Assembly: GCA_963674865.2 (NCBI GenBank)
Contig: CAXXYE010000003.1
Span: forward strand, 288,001-352,000
DNA from: Candidatus Hydrogenedentota bacterium
GTDB lineage: Bacteria > Hydrogenedentota > Hydrogenedentia > Hydrogenedentales > SLHB01
Direction of reading: 5' to 3'
Length of the DNA: 64,000 nucleotides
Shown piece by piece: positions 30,295 to 41,736 of this stretch. Under the pieces are notes generated by a model that saw nothing but the letters and a program-made list of their open reading frames with translations, made no database searches and had not been told where the DNA came from. Each line of letters opens with the position of its first letter. The stretch's first letter is position 1. Both the position numbers and the translations under genes were made by a program.

Positions 30295-32928
30295 CTACGA
30301 ACTCTTATCAGCCTCTTCGGGGGCGATATAGCAGAGGACGTGCTGGTGTACCGTGTCGGCATGGAGCCGGACGGTTGGTTGGCCCGGCAAGTCTGCCGCA
30401 TCGAAGACCTTGACAAGCTCCTCTTGTCCGGCGGCATCGGGCAGGAGGCTTGCAAGCTTGTTCGGACACGCCTCGAAAAGTGTCTTGTTGAGCCAGTGGT
30501 CCTGCTGGTTAGGCATCACTGCAAGGTACAGGATGTCCATCTCCACCATCTCGCTGAAGAAATGTGTGCCCATGGATACATCCGGGACCAGGTCATCGCG
30601 CATGGCCACGATCTCGCAGAGCACGGATATGGTGTTGATCTCGGCAAAGGACACCGGCACGCCCAGCGAAGGCGTTGTTGTGCCCCAGCGCCCCGGCCCC
30701 AACAGCATGGTAGATGTTTGCTCGTTGCCGCCGTCCAGATGCGTAAGGCGGCCGATGAGGCGGGCCACGGCATACCGCTCGCGCACGGGAAGTTGGCCGT
30801 ACACCGCCGGCACGATGTAGATGAAGCGCTCGACGGTGTCGATCCGGCTCGGGCCGATAACGGGGCCGGTCGTTTCGATGATTCGGTGCTCGTCATCGAT
30901 ATTCTTCGGCGGCTCGGCAACGGGCGCCGCCATCTTGGCCTGGAGCGGGCGGCATTGCACAAGGTTTACACGGTAGTTCTCGTCGTCCTGGAAATTCGTC
31001 GTCCATTCAACGTCTACCGGGCACGCGTAGGCGTCCTCGAGGGCGCGAAGCATACCGCGCATATCCTCCACGAACCGGGTGCGCTTCAATAGCCGGTCGA
31101 AAGTGAGAATGCGCTGCGGCTTTGTATTCCGGCCCTGCTCGCGCGCGCGGCGGGCCATGCGGGCGTCGGCCGAGGCGTAGAGATTGAGGGGCAGGTCGGG
31201 GCTGTGTGCCTCGACCGTGGCGAAATCGGACGTGATAAGTTGGTTCCCGTCCAGATCGAGCACATCCACTTTGTACTGGGCCCGACGCACGCCGTCCTCT
31301 TCGCCCGGATCGGGCCGCCGATCGGGAGCGTTAAGGGCCACAATCCGCGTGTAGTCGTCATCGGAGCGATCCACGGCGCGTGTTCCAAGGCCGAATACGA
31401 TGCGCAAGAGGCCGGCGCGGGGGTCGATGGCTTCGTTCCAGACGTATGGGTTGAACGAGAATCCAACGCCCGCGACCTGGGGATAGAATAGGTGCTCGTG
31501 GAGCGCACCCGATACACGCTGCACCAGCAGCGCCATCTGTTCATCGCGGTCAAGCAGGCCGTGGCGTGCGCGGTACGAGAGCGCCTCTTCGCTCATGCTG
31601 CTCGCGTATACCGTCTTCACGGCCGACACGAAGTCCTCGAGGCGCTGGTGCCGCGAGCCCTGGTTTGCGCAGAAGACGCTCTCGTATTTTCCTGCGAAGG
31701 AGTTTCCGAAGTTGTCCTCCAACAGACTGCTGGAACGGACGATAATTGGCGCTTGTCCGAAGTAGTCCAGCATTTCGGAGAAGCGCTGTTCGATATCTTC
31801 AGGAAATGTGCCCGTGAGGATGCGCCGGCGCGCCGGCACGGCCCCTTTCAGGAATGTTTCCGGCTGCTTCTGGTTCTGCCGTAGCCACCAGACGCCGTTG
31901 CGGACCAGGTAGGTGTAGAAGACATCAGACGCGATGTAGAACGAATCATGCGCCTCGAGAAGTCCTATCCAGCGAGAGTCGGCGCGCTTAAGGATCGCCC
32001 GCGCGAGCAGCATCCCCACGGACTTGCCGCCGATAAGTCCGGTGCCGATTGTCCGTTTGCCGATATCGAGCACGTCGGCGATATCGAAATAGCGCTCGGC
32101 AAGCTCGAGTACGCGCTCGTCACGGGATACGACCATTCTCAGCAGGCGGTGGAAGATCTCGTCGGCGCGTTCCCTATCGGGGGCCTGTTCATCTTCCTTA
32201 AGGCTCTCCTCAGCCTGGAGGAACGCGCGATTCCAGACATCCAGTCGGTCGATGGCCGACTCCAGTGCCGAGCGAGGTGTGGAGGTAAGAACTTCTGCGG
32301 CAGTGCAACTGTCTGTCACGGTTTCGAATTGGTTATCATGCCAGGCGTGCAGCATATGCATCGTGGGCGAGTGCCGCTGTTGTACCTTGAGAGGGCGTAC
32401 GTACACCTGGTCTGCGTGATGGTAAACGTCGATGAAGAGCTGCGTAGTTGTGCGGATGGGAAACGTGGCGTAGGACGAGTGGAAGTTCCGGAGCAGCGCG
32501 AAATAGGCGATCGTTTCCATGTCATACAGATAAGGGCAAGTCAGCCGGAAGAAGTTGCCCAGCATCTGATCGCTGAACCAGTCCGCCGCGAGGTCGGATA
32601 GGCGGTCGAACACGTAGAACGCGCCCCTTCCCGCTTCCTCGATGGTTCCGTGAATGGCGTCCAGAAAGGGCTCAAAACCCATCTGCGGGTCGAGTTCTCG
32701 CTTCTCCACGCCCTCGGCATCCGGGATCAGGGCATTATGCCGCGCGAAGCGGAAGTAGATGAAGGGCCGGCCCGCGGCCACGGCGTGACGCCAGAAGGGC
32801 TCGACAAACGCCGTGTAGTCGGCGATATCGTCGACCTGCCACACAATATTGTCACCGGGCATTAGCCCGCGCACCAACTCGTCGAGTTCCTTGAGTCCCG
32901 TACTTAGTTGCCTGTTCGACTGCGCCAT
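30295..32928 (-). CDS. PEP/pyruvate-binding (PPDK_N/PEP-synthase-like ATP-grasp) protein with degenerate RecA/KaiC-like N-terminus
   Basis: LSTGLKELDELVRGLMPGDNIV start; IGGKS, IVRSSSLLED, FAGKYES, MALLVQ, GLG, PVDVEW, VQCRPL; C-terminal GPGRWGT and GTHFF; no TSHAAI swivel motif or PEP-utiliser TIM barrel. Confidence 0.8.
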   Translation of the reverse strand: MAQSNRQLSTGLKELDELVRGLMPGDNIVWQVDDIADYTAFVEPFWRHAVAAGRPFIYFRFARHNALIPDAEGVEKRELDPQMGFEPFLDAIHGTIEEAGRGAFYVFDRLSDLAADWFSDQMLGNFFRLTCPYLYDMETIAYFALLRNFHSSYATFPIRTTTQLFIDVYHHADQVYVRPLKVQQRHSPTMHMLHAWHDNQFETVTDSCTAAEVLTSTPRSALESAIDRLDVWNRAFLQAEESLKEDEQAPDRERADEIFHRLLRMVVSRDERVLELAERYFDIADVLDIGKRTIGTGLIGGKSVGMLLARAILKRADSRWIGLLEAHDSFYIASDVFYTYLVRNGVWWLRQNQKQPETFLKGAVPARRRILTGTFPEDIEQRFSEMLDYFGQAPIIVRSSSLLEDNFGNSFAGKYESVFCANQGSRHQRLEDFVSAVKTVYASSMSEEALSYRARHGLLDRDEQMALLVQRVSGALHEHLFYPQVAGVGFSFNPYVWNEAIDPRAGLLRIVFGLGTRAVDRSDDDYTRIVALNAPDRRPDPGEEDGVRRAQYKVDVLDLDGNQLITSDFATVEAHSPDLPLNLYASADARMARRAREQGRNTKPQRILTFDRLLKRTRFVEDMRGMLRALEDAYACPVDVEWTTNFQDDENYRVNLVQCRPLQAKMAAPVAEPPKNIDDEHRIIETTGPVIGPSRIDTVERFIYIVPAVYGQLPVRERYAVARLIGRLTHLDGGNEQTSTMLLGPGRWGTTTPSLGVPVSFAEINTISVLCEIVAMRDDLVPDVSMGTHFFSEMVEMDILYLAVMPNQQDHWLNKTLFEACPNKLASLLPDAAGQEELVKVFDAADLPGQPTVRLHADTVHQHVLCYIAPEEADKSS

Positions 32929-32952
32929 CTCTTGCCCCTCCGCCTCAGAGCA

Positions 32953-32986
32953 GAGAGGCCCAGCGGACGAATCCCCTGGGCCTCTC
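32953..32986. other. Intergenic stem-loop between gdhA and the PPDK-like gene
   Basis: GAGAGGCCCAG...CTGGGCCTCTC, perfect 11-bp stem; no U-tract on the minus strand. Confidence 0.6.
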
Positions 32987-33018
32987 GGACGATTTCAATT
33001 CTAACCGAAATGCGGAAG

Positions 33019-34480
<1,462 letters not shown>

Positions 34481-34634
34481 TGCTTTAGTCTCCCGTCGCG
34501 ATAGTGTCGAATGGGCTCGTTTTTGAGGCCTATTACCCCTTATGACTGGTGTTAGGCTCAGGTTCTTCTCGTGCCGATGGCTCGCGTGTATTCTTTGAGG
34601 CAAGACACTTATCCGGCAATTATGCCGTATAATC

Positions 34635-34664
34635 TTGACTTCTGGTGCATGGGGCGTTTATTGT
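34635..34664 (+). promoter_or_regulatory. Possible sigma70 promoter of nrpR
   Basis: TTGACT-N18-TATTGT, preceded by palindrome ATCCGGCA-ATTA-TGCCGTAT (34611-34630). Confidence 0.4.
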
Positions 34665-34714
34665 CCCCGGTAGCGGCGCCGCCGCAGACGAACGTGGGAA
34701 GGAGAAACGACGAA

Positions 34715-35725
34715 ATGCGTGACGTGAAGCCCCCGCGCAACATGGTAGCCATCCTGCGCGTGCTCAGGGATGCGCCCGGCCCGATGGGGAGTGAACGGAT
34801 AGCTCGCGAACTGCGGCTTTCAGGCATCGATCTGAGTGAGCGGACGGTGCGGAATTACCTATTCGAGGCGGATGCCCATGGCTGGACGACTAACCTGGGC
34901 CGCCGCGGGCGCCGCCTTACCGGACTCGGCCGCCGGGAGGCCGATGGCGCGCTGGTGATGGACAAGGTAGGTTTTGTGGCCGCGCGGGTCGATGAACTTA
35001 CCTATCAGATGACCTTCGACCCTTATGAAAAGCGCGGACGGGTCATTGTGAATGTCTCCACCTTTCGCCAACGTGATATACGGGCGGCGGCCCGCGCCAT
35101 GCTCGCCGCGTACGAGTCCAATCTCGGAATGGGCCATCTGCTGGCTATTGCCGGGCCGGGCGAACGGATTGGCGACTTCGAGGTGCCCGCGGGCTTGATC
35201 GCCGTGGGGACAATTTGCAGCGTTAGCATCAACGGCGTGTTTCTCCGTGAGCACATCTCGACTACGTCCAGGTTCGGGGGATTGCTCGAACTCGAAAGTG
35301 GGCAGCCGAAACGCTTCGTCCAGATCGTCAATTACGACGGCTCAACACTCGACCCCCTTGAGATCTTCATCCGAGGCTACATGACGCGCGTCACCGACGC
35401 CGCGGCCAGCGGCTCCGGGATCGTCGGCGCAAGCTTTCGCGAGGTACCTGCCATTGCCCTGGCCCAGGTTCGCCGTCTGGCCTCTCTCTCAGAGCAAATC
35501 GGTTTGGGCGGCGTCCTCGCCGTGGGGCGCCCCAACATGCCTCTGCTCGAGATTCCCGTGGCTCAGGGGCGCGTTGGCCTCATCTTGTGCGGCGGGCTCA
35601 ATCCCATGGCCGCCGTTGTCGAGAGCGGCATTGCCACTACCAACGCCGCCATGAAGACGCTCTGCGAATTCGACAGACTCGTCGAGTACACCGCCCTCAG
35701 AGAGTTGGCCTCAGGCGGCAGGTAG
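34715..35725 (+). CDS. nrpR: Nitrogen regulator NrpR (winged HTH + one NRD/DUF128 domain)
   Basis: ILRVL...GSERIARELRLSGIDLSERTVRNYL...GRRLT wHTH; GRVIVNVS, GTICSVSINGV, YDGSTLDPLEIF, ASFREVP, GGLNPMAA. Confidence 0.88.
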   Translation: MRDVKPPRNMVAILRVLRDAPGPMGSERIARELRLSGIDLSERTVRNYLFEADAHGWTTNLGRRGRRLTGLGRREADGALVMDKVGFVAARVDELTYQMTFDPYEKRGRVIVNVSTFRQRDIRAAARAMLAAYESNLGMGHLLAIAGPGERIGDFEVPAGLIAVGTICSVSINGVFLREHISTTSRFGGLLELESGQPKRFVQIVNYDGSTLDPLEIFIRGYMTRVTDAAASGSGIVGASFREVPAIALAQVRRLASLSEQIGLGGVLAVGRPNMPLLEIPVAQGRVGLILCGGLNPMAAVVESGIATTNAAMKTLCEFDRLVEYTALRELASGGR

Positions 35726-35762
35726 TCCCGGCCTGTGGGCAACTACACGTGAGGTGCCCGCG

Positions 35763-38700
35763 CTACGGGTGCAGCCGCTCCAGGGCCTTGCGGATCCGCA
35801 GGCGGTGTGCCATCAGGGCAGCGTAATCCAAGTCATAGTCCGCCGCTTCGCGGGGCATCCCTGTGAGCGCTTCGCTTGCTACGTGTGCCACGGCCTCGTC
35901 AAGAACCTTCTTCGCCGCCTCATCGCCTTTGGCTTCCGCCAGATCGCGGAGGGCGCAGACGGCGTTGAAGTCCTCGATGCCGTCGCGTTGCGCCTCCCAG
36001 CGCCGGCTGGCAACCACCGCGCGCCCATCGCACGTCACCGCGCCGTAGGCCGGCTCCTGCCCCGGGCCGGTGCCCCACAGATCGCTGCCATGATAGACCC
36101 ACCAGCCGCCGCCTTCGATGCCCCAGTGCAACGCCAGCCAAGGCTGAGATCGGAAGAAGCCCAGGGGCCGGAGAATGCGGCAGTTCCCCGGAGGCGTGTA
36201 CGTCGCGATTGGCTTCCCGCCCTTACGCATGGCGGCGACGTATTCGGGCCCGAGGAACTCGATGGTTTCCATCCCGGGCTGCCAGACATCCGTGACGGGC
36301 CACATCTCCTCGATCATTTCCACGTTGATGCCGCCCCATGGATTCGCGTAGTTCTGGACCTTGGGGTCGATGGCCTTGTTCTCCTGTGCCCGAGCCATAT
36401 AGTGCTCGATAGTCCCCCGGAGTCCGGGCTCGTCTTCCGGGTAGAACATGAAGTTCTCATAGTCCAGCCCAAGAGTTTGTAGGTGCGCCACAAGTGCTTG
36501 GATGTAATTTCGTTGGGCCGTTCGCCGAAGCTCATCCGTCATGACCGTCCCCTCTGGGAAGCGGGGAACGGGGATTCCGCCGTACAGTATCTTCTCGATC
36601 TGGCCCGCCTCCTTGAGGATGGCGTCGTGTTCCGTCCAATCCAGTTCGCCCACCAAGGCGCCTTCAGCGTCCACATGGGCCGGCGGCAGCGGAACGGCAT
36701 ACCAGATCGTCTGCAGGTGCTCGCTCAAATCCGGCACGGTATCAAGCCCCTCAACGCGATTCTGCGACCAGTAGCCGGCCAGAAACCGACTCTTCTCCGG
36801 TAGCCGGAAAGACGACACTTCGAGCCGTATCGCCAGAGCGCGACTGGATGCTGCTGCATCGAGCGTGCGTATGGGCCAGTTCAGCACGTACGTGCCCGGT
36901 TCGAGGTCTTTGGTGTCGATATTGATCCAGAGCTGCTGAACCTCCCCGGGGGCGACATCGAGCAGATAACCGTCGCCCAGTTCCGGCAGAACGTCAGGCA
37001 CGGTTTCGTCGAATTCGCTCGGCAACCAGACGGCACGATGCAGCTTGACCACATTGTGGGCCGGCATCAGTGGCTCATCCTCACCCTCTCGTGCCAATGT
37101 GCCCGGCTCTACACGAAGCGTCAGCCCACGGGACGAGAGGTTTACGGCATTCACGCACACCGACTCGATCTCATTGCCGAAGGCCCAGGCTTCAATGACG
37201 CACGGCGCCGCGGCCGTAGGTAGCGTGTCAAGCGGGTCGACGTTGTCCCAGGGATTAGCGTCCTGCCATAGCGCGAATGTGGGTACGCGGCCCGCCGAGG
37301 TCTCGGCGGCGACCAATCCCGCGAAGCGCCTTGTTTGCTCGAGAAGCCTGAAGAAGTCGTCCACGTATTGAGCCAGCGCATCGCGATCCGCGGGGGCCAT
37401 CGTATCCACCGCGGCGGCGCGGGCCTTGAGCACGGCGAGCGCCGCCTCAAGTTCGGCCTGGCGCCGCGCTAGTACCACGGTGGCCTCCGGGGTGGAAGTC
37501 TGCGCAACCAGGTCCTTGGATTCGTCAAGCGCTTCAAGCGCAATATCCTTCGCGGCGGTGAGGACTGTTGTCACGTCCGCCACTTCCGCGGTGAGGGTCT
37601 GCCGCGCCAGTGCGCCCTGGCCGGTGTCATAGGCAACGCCATTCCATAAAGCCAGGGCACGCATATCCACTTTGTAAGCCCCCGCCATCCAAACGGGCCA
37701 AGCGATCTCCGACTCCCGCGCTCCCGGAGACGTCTTGAAGACCTCGATCTGCCGTGTCCCGTCGGGGAAGGTCGTGGCGACTTCGATTCCCAGGCCGAGG
37801 GTTTTCGTGCTCGACGGGGCCTCGACAACCGGCAGATTCGCCACACGGACTAAGTTCCTTCCGAAGCGCGCCTCCGGCAACGCCTGCACGAACTCCGCAT
37901 TCTTCGGCGTCGACGAAGTCCCTGCTTCGGTGGGTTTTGAAGAACGCAAAGGGTAGGCCGGCAAGCTCCATACGGAAGCCACCACGGCGCCCTCTGTTGC
38001 CGGGCCGCCGAAACTGTAAGCCTTGACGTGTCCCTCCTTCGACGTAACCACCACCTCGAGCACGCCGTCGCGGTCGATGTCGGCCACGAGCGGGGCCCCA
38101 TAGCCCCGATAGTGCGTGTATCCGGCCAGAATCTGCCCCTCGGTGTTAAGCACATACCAGGCATTACTCTTTCCGTCACGCGAGGCGTCGCGCACCGCAC
38201 ACACGATCTCGAACTTGCCGTCGCCGTCCAAATCGGCCACGGAAGGAGGCGCCCAGATGCCGCCGCCGTCCAGGCGTGTCCGCCACCGGAAGGCCCCGTC
38301 CGCGGCATACGCGGCCACGCTGCCCGCCTTGTCCGCCGCGAGTATGCCGCGGATGCCATCGTCGAACTGTACGACATTGCAGCCGTTATACGCCTTGTGA
38401 ACGGTGACGCCCGTCCACTTGCGGCTACCGTCACTCCCATTGAGGCAGATGAGGCCCGTGTCTGAAGCGATCATGGAGGACATGCTGTAGATCTCGGCGT
38501 TTCCATCACCGTCGAGGTCCGCAATGCGCGGACGCGTTCTGCCGAGGTGGAAAGGGGGCTGGTGGCTGTCCCACAGCAAGGTACCATTTGCCTTCAGCGC
38601 AATGAGATGGCGTGTCGCGGTGCCGTACACCAGTTCCGGCTGCCCGTCATTGTCTATGTCGCCGATGGCCGGCGTGGACGGGCGGTAGGCCTCGACCTTG

Positions 38701-39227
38701 GAGCGCCAGCGAAGAACTCCCTCGCCGTCCAGGCAGACAATCCACCCATAGAGATTGCAGGCCAGGACCTCGGCTCGGCCGTCGCCGTCGAGGTCGGCCG
38801 CATTGGCCATTTCCCAGGTATCCAGCGGAGAATCGAGGTCATACTGCCAAAGGATTGTACCGTCCGGCTTGAGAGCGCAAACGTACCCAGTCTTGGCGCC
38901 GGCGATAATCTCCTCGATCCCGTCACCGTCCAGATCCGCGGGCACCGGATCGAAGATTCCTCCGCCCTCGACCTCTTCGCTCAATTGACGATCGAGGATG
39001 ACTTCGCCTTGACCGCTGATCCTGACAATGCGGCCGCCCACGGCCACCAACACACTATCGGGGGCGTTGCTCGGATACGCGATCGGCGACACACCGAAGT
39101 CCACCGGAGACTCAATGGTTGTCTCCCATTCCTCCGTTGCCGCGGGCAGGGCTGTCGCCGGGTGCGGAATAGCGAGAACCAGCAAAGACCCAAGCAGAAC
39201 CGCGCGCAGTATGCTCTTTGTGCTCAT
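35763..39227 (-). CDS. Large secreted protein: FG-GAP/PQQ-like beta-propeller fused to a GH123/DUF4091-like C-terminal module
   Basis: Signal peptide; ADLDGDG repeats in N-terminal half; EDEP and SRRWEAQRDGIEDF in C-terminal half. Confidence 0.75.
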   Translation of the reverse strand: MSTKSILRAVLLGSLLVLAIPHPATALPAATEEWETTIESPVDFGVSPIAYPSNAPDSVLVAVGGRIVRISGQGEVILDRQLSEEVEGGGIFDPVPADLDGDGIEEIIAGAKTGYVCALKPDGTILWQYDLDSPLDTWEMANAADLDGDGRAEVLACNLYGWIVCLDGEGVLRWRSKVEAYRPSTPAIGDIDNDGQPELVYGTATRHLIALKANGTLLWDSHQPPFHLGRTRPRIADLDGDGNAEIYSMSSMIASDTGLICLNGSDGSRKWTGVTVHKAYNGCNVVQFDDGIRGILAADKAGSVAAYAADGAFRWRTRLDGGGIWAPPSVADLDGDGKFEIVCAVRDASRDGKSNAWYVLNTEGQILAGYTHYRGYGAPLVADIDRDGVLEVVVTSKEGHVKAYSFGGPATEGAVVASVWSLPAYPLRSSKPTEAGTSSTPKNAEFVQALPEARFGRNLVRVANLPVVEAPSSTKTLGLGIEVATTFPDGTRQIEVFKTSPGARESEIAWPVWMAGAYKVDMRALALWNGVAYDTGQGALARQTLTAEVADVTTVLTAAKDIALEALDESKDLVAQTSTPEATVVLARRQAELEAALAVLKARAAAVDTMAPADRDALAQYVDDFFRLLEQTRRFAGLVAAETSAGRVPTFALWQDANPWDNVDPLDTLPTAAAPCVIEAWAFGNEIESVCVNAVNLSSRGLTLRVEPGTLAREGEDEPLMPAHNVVKLHRAVWLPSEFDETVPDVLPELGDGYLLDVAPGEVQQLWINIDTKDLEPGTYVLNWPIRTLDAAASSRALAIRLEVSSFRLPEKSRFLAGYWSQNRVEGLDTVPDLSEHLQTIWYAVPLPPAHVDAEGALVGELDWTEHDAILKEAGQIEKILYGGIPVPRFPEGTVMTDELRRTAQRNYIQALVAHLQTLGLDYENFMFYPEDEPGLRGTIEHYMARAQENKAIDPKVQNYANPWGGINVEMIEEMWPVTDVWQPGMETIEFLGPEYVAAMRKGGKPIATYTPPGNCRILRPLGFFRSQPWLALHWGIEGGGWWVYHGSDLWGTGPGQEPAYGAVTCDGRAVVASRRWEAQRDGIEDFNAVCALRDLAEAKGDEAAKKVLDEAVAHVASEALTGMPREAADYDLDYAALMAHRLRIRKALERLHP

Positions 39228-39407
39228 GGGACGACCCTCCCTAAGGCCCGTGAATGTGTCAAGATGGTTGAGAAGCCGGACGTTCACATCGTAGCCGCCG
39301 ATGCCCTGCCTGTCAACCGACGGCGGCGTTCGGCCGACAGCGAGGGCGCCTTCGTGTGTTGTCTACCTCACAATTGCGCATCGGCGGAAGGTAAGGGGGG
39401 CAAAACA

Positions 39408-39445
39408 AAACCGGCGGGATGCCCTTCAGGGCATCCCGCCGGTTT
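39408..39445 (-). terminator. Rho-independent terminator after the gspF/pilC operon
   Basis: AAACCGGCGGGATGCCC-TTCA-GGGCATCCCGCCGGTTT perfect stem; TTTTGTTTTG on the minus strand. Confidence 0.88.
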
Positions 39446-39456
39446 CGTCTTTGAAC

Positions 39457-40671
39457 TCAGCTCGACGTTCCCAGCGTTTCCATCATGTCGATCATCGGCA
39501 GGAACAGGGCAAGGGCAAGGAAGATGACGATGAGACCGATGATGATGGTGAGAACGGGCTGCAGGAGGTCGCCAAGGGCGCTGACGGAGATGTTGACCTC
39601 CTCCTCATAGGTGTTGGCGACTTGCTCGGCGATGTTGTCGAGGGAACCGGACTCTTCACCGGTGATGAGCATGTCGGTAACGACCCCCGGGATGATCCTC
39701 TCGGCATCCCTGAGGGGCTCCTCCATGCTGCCGCCTTCCTCAACGGTATTGCGCACGTTCTGAACAATCTGGGCGACGGCCTGGTTGTGTATGGCGCTTC
39801 GCACCAAATCAAGCGTGGCCATCATGGAGAGGCCGCTGCGCAGCAGCAGAGAGAGTGTGCGTGTAAACTCGACGATAGCGTTCTTCTTCAGGATGCCCCC
39901 AATGATTGGGATCCTGAGCTTAATCCGATCGGCCGCCAAACGCCGGAGCGGATTGTTGACGTACCACAACTTGTAGAGAACAATCAGGCCCACGAGCCCG
40001 AGCAAGCATATCCACCACCATTGGCCCGCGAACTCGAAGGTATTAATGAATCGCTGACTGAACTTGGGGACATCCACACCGGTTCTGTCAAACATCTCCA
40101 TGAAGCTCGGGATGACCCACTTCGAGATGATGAGCACGACGCCCAGGCAGGCGAACACGAGAATGACCGGGTACACCATGGCCCCCTGCACGCGCTTACG
40201 AAGCGCTTCGCGGCGCTCCCGGTAGTCGGCAAGTTGCTTCAACACGGGCACCAGCGTGCCGCTCGCCTCGCTCGCTTTGATGAGATTGACAAAGACAACG
40301 CCAAAGTAGCGGGGATGGCGCTCGAACGCCTGCCAGAGCGCGTTGCCTCCTTCGACATATCGGGCGATATCGCTGACGAGGGCTCGTACGCCCGCCCGCT
40401 GACTACGCTCGGCGAGCGTGTTCAGCGATTTCATGATAGGCGTTCCGGCCTCCAGAAGCATGATGAGCTGTCGCAGGAAGGCGGTAATGTCGGCGTGGCG
40501 TATGCTGCCTGCCGACAGGAAGCCTCCGGGGCCGGTGAGCCACGATGGCTTCGCGGGCACGACCTCTTCGACAACTGCGCTCGACTTCGCGGCGGTTGTT
40601 GCCGCCTTCTTCTTTGCCGTGCGGCGCGGTCGCCTTGTTTGCCCGCCCGATTTATCGCCGTTGGTCGCCAT
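39457..40671 (-). CDS. Type II secretion system F family / PilC platform protein
   Basis: FLRQLIMLLEAGTP, ASEASGTL, AMVYP, FTRTLSLLLRSG, GEESGSL, LLQP, ALFLPM. Confidence 0.92.
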   Translation of the reverse strand: MATNGDKSGGQTRRPRRTAKKKAATTAAKSSAVVEEVVPAKPSWLTGPGGFLSAGSIRHADITAFLRQLIMLLEAGTPIMKSLNTLAERSQRAGVRALVSDIARYVEGGNALWQAFERHPRYFGVVFVNLIKASEASGTLVPVLKQLADYRERREALRKRVQGAMVYPVILVFACLGVVLIISKWVIPSFMEMFDRTGVDVPKFSQRFINTFEFAGQWWWICLLGLVGLIVLYKLWYVNNPLRRLAADRIKLRIPIIGGILKKNAIVEFTRTLSLLLRSGLSMMATLDLVRSAIHNQAVAQIVQNVRNTVEEGGSMEEPLRDAERIIPGVVTDMLITGEESGSLDNIAEQVANTYEEEVNISVSALGDLLQPVLTIIIGLIVIFLALALFLPMIDMMETLGTSS

Positions 40672-40749
40672 GATGATGACTCCTCCCTTTCCTCGACTCC
40701 AGACTGATATGAACCTGTCGTGGCCGCGTCTAAGCGCGCCACGCGGGGT

Positions 40750-41727
40750 TTACTCCACTGTCTCGCTCCAGTAACACGTCTCCGGGGCGCCGTTTTCAGG
40801 GAAGTAAACGACGGCGTCGTAGCGGCGCGTCGTGGTGTTGTACAGGCTCCCGTCCTGCCGGACGCGCCCGAGAGATGCCGTCCCCTTCAGCCGGTAGCAG
40901 CGTGACGCAAGGCCGAGGGCTGCGGGGGGGAGGTCCGGCGCATCGGTCGATGGCGCGACGTTGAACTCGGCCGGGGTCTTCCCGGCCGCGGCAGCGACCT
41001 CATCGAGCGTCAGGAACGGCCGCCGGGCGGCCACGCTTTTGGCGGTTTGGAGGTCGATGTTGAGCACGGCCGCCAAGACCGCCGGCGGCGCCGAATTCAC
41101 ATTGATGTAACTACCGGGATTGGCGTGGTCGGGCACACTGTAGACGGTAAGCAGGTCTTTGTTCAGCATGGCGAATGACTGCCCGTCCAGCAATTCGTTG
41201 TTGAGCAAATCATCAACGCTCGTCAACCACCGCCGTGCGCCCGCTTGACGTTGGATATACTCGGCGCCGTCATCTCTGGGAAGGCTGCTTCGAATCTTGC
41301 GCGCCGCGGCGCGGTCGATGCCCGGCAGGGCCTCAAGCACCGCGCGCGGGGTGTGGTTGAGATTGATCTTGGCGCATTCGTCGGCCACGCTTATGCTGAC
41401 CTCGGCGCGCCAGTCCGCGCTCTCGGACCAGCCCTTGGCGTCTTCATCATCACGCACGTGAACGGGGAATGTGTAAGGACCGAGTTCGGCCGGAGGCGTC
41501 TGGCCCGAGTCGATCAGGCGCTGAAGCTCCGCCGCCCCTGCGCGCATACCCCCCAGAGCGACTTCATCGGCCCGCATGGACTGAAGCTGCAATTGCGCGT
41601 CGTCCGATTCAAGGCTCATATAGCGCACATAGGCGGTGCCGAGGAGCAAAAAAAGCAATAGCAGACTCAGCGCGGTGATGAGGGCTACGCCCGCGTTTTC
41701 GTGCCTGACTCGTCTGTGTTGCTGCAT
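40750..41727 (-). CDS. GspK-like minor pseudopilin with HhH-like segments
   Basis: GVALITAL pilin-type N-terminus; DECAKINLN, LEALPGID, LLTVYS, INVNSAP. Confidence 0.78.
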   Translation of the reverse strand: MQQHRRVRHENAGVALITALSLLLLFLLLGTAYVRYMSLESDDAQLQLQSMRADEVALGGMRAGAAELQRLIDSGQTPPAELGPYTFPVHVRDDEDAKGWSESADWRAEVSISVADECAKINLNHTPRAVLEALPGIDRAAARKIRSSLPRDDGAEYIQRQAGARRWLTSVDDLLNNELLDGQSFAMLNKDLLTVYSVPDHANPGSYINVNSAPPAVLAAVLNIDLQTAKSVAARRPFLTLDEVAAAAGKTPAEFNVAPSTDAPDLPPAALGLASRCYRLKGTASLGRVRQDGSLYNTTTRRYDAVVYFPENGAPETCYWSETVE

Positions 41728-41736
41728 AAGAGATTC

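Noticed and set aside
30295..32928. Annotation as ppsA/ppdK
   Set aside because: Lacks the canonical phospho-His swivel motif and the C-terminal PEP-utilising barrel.
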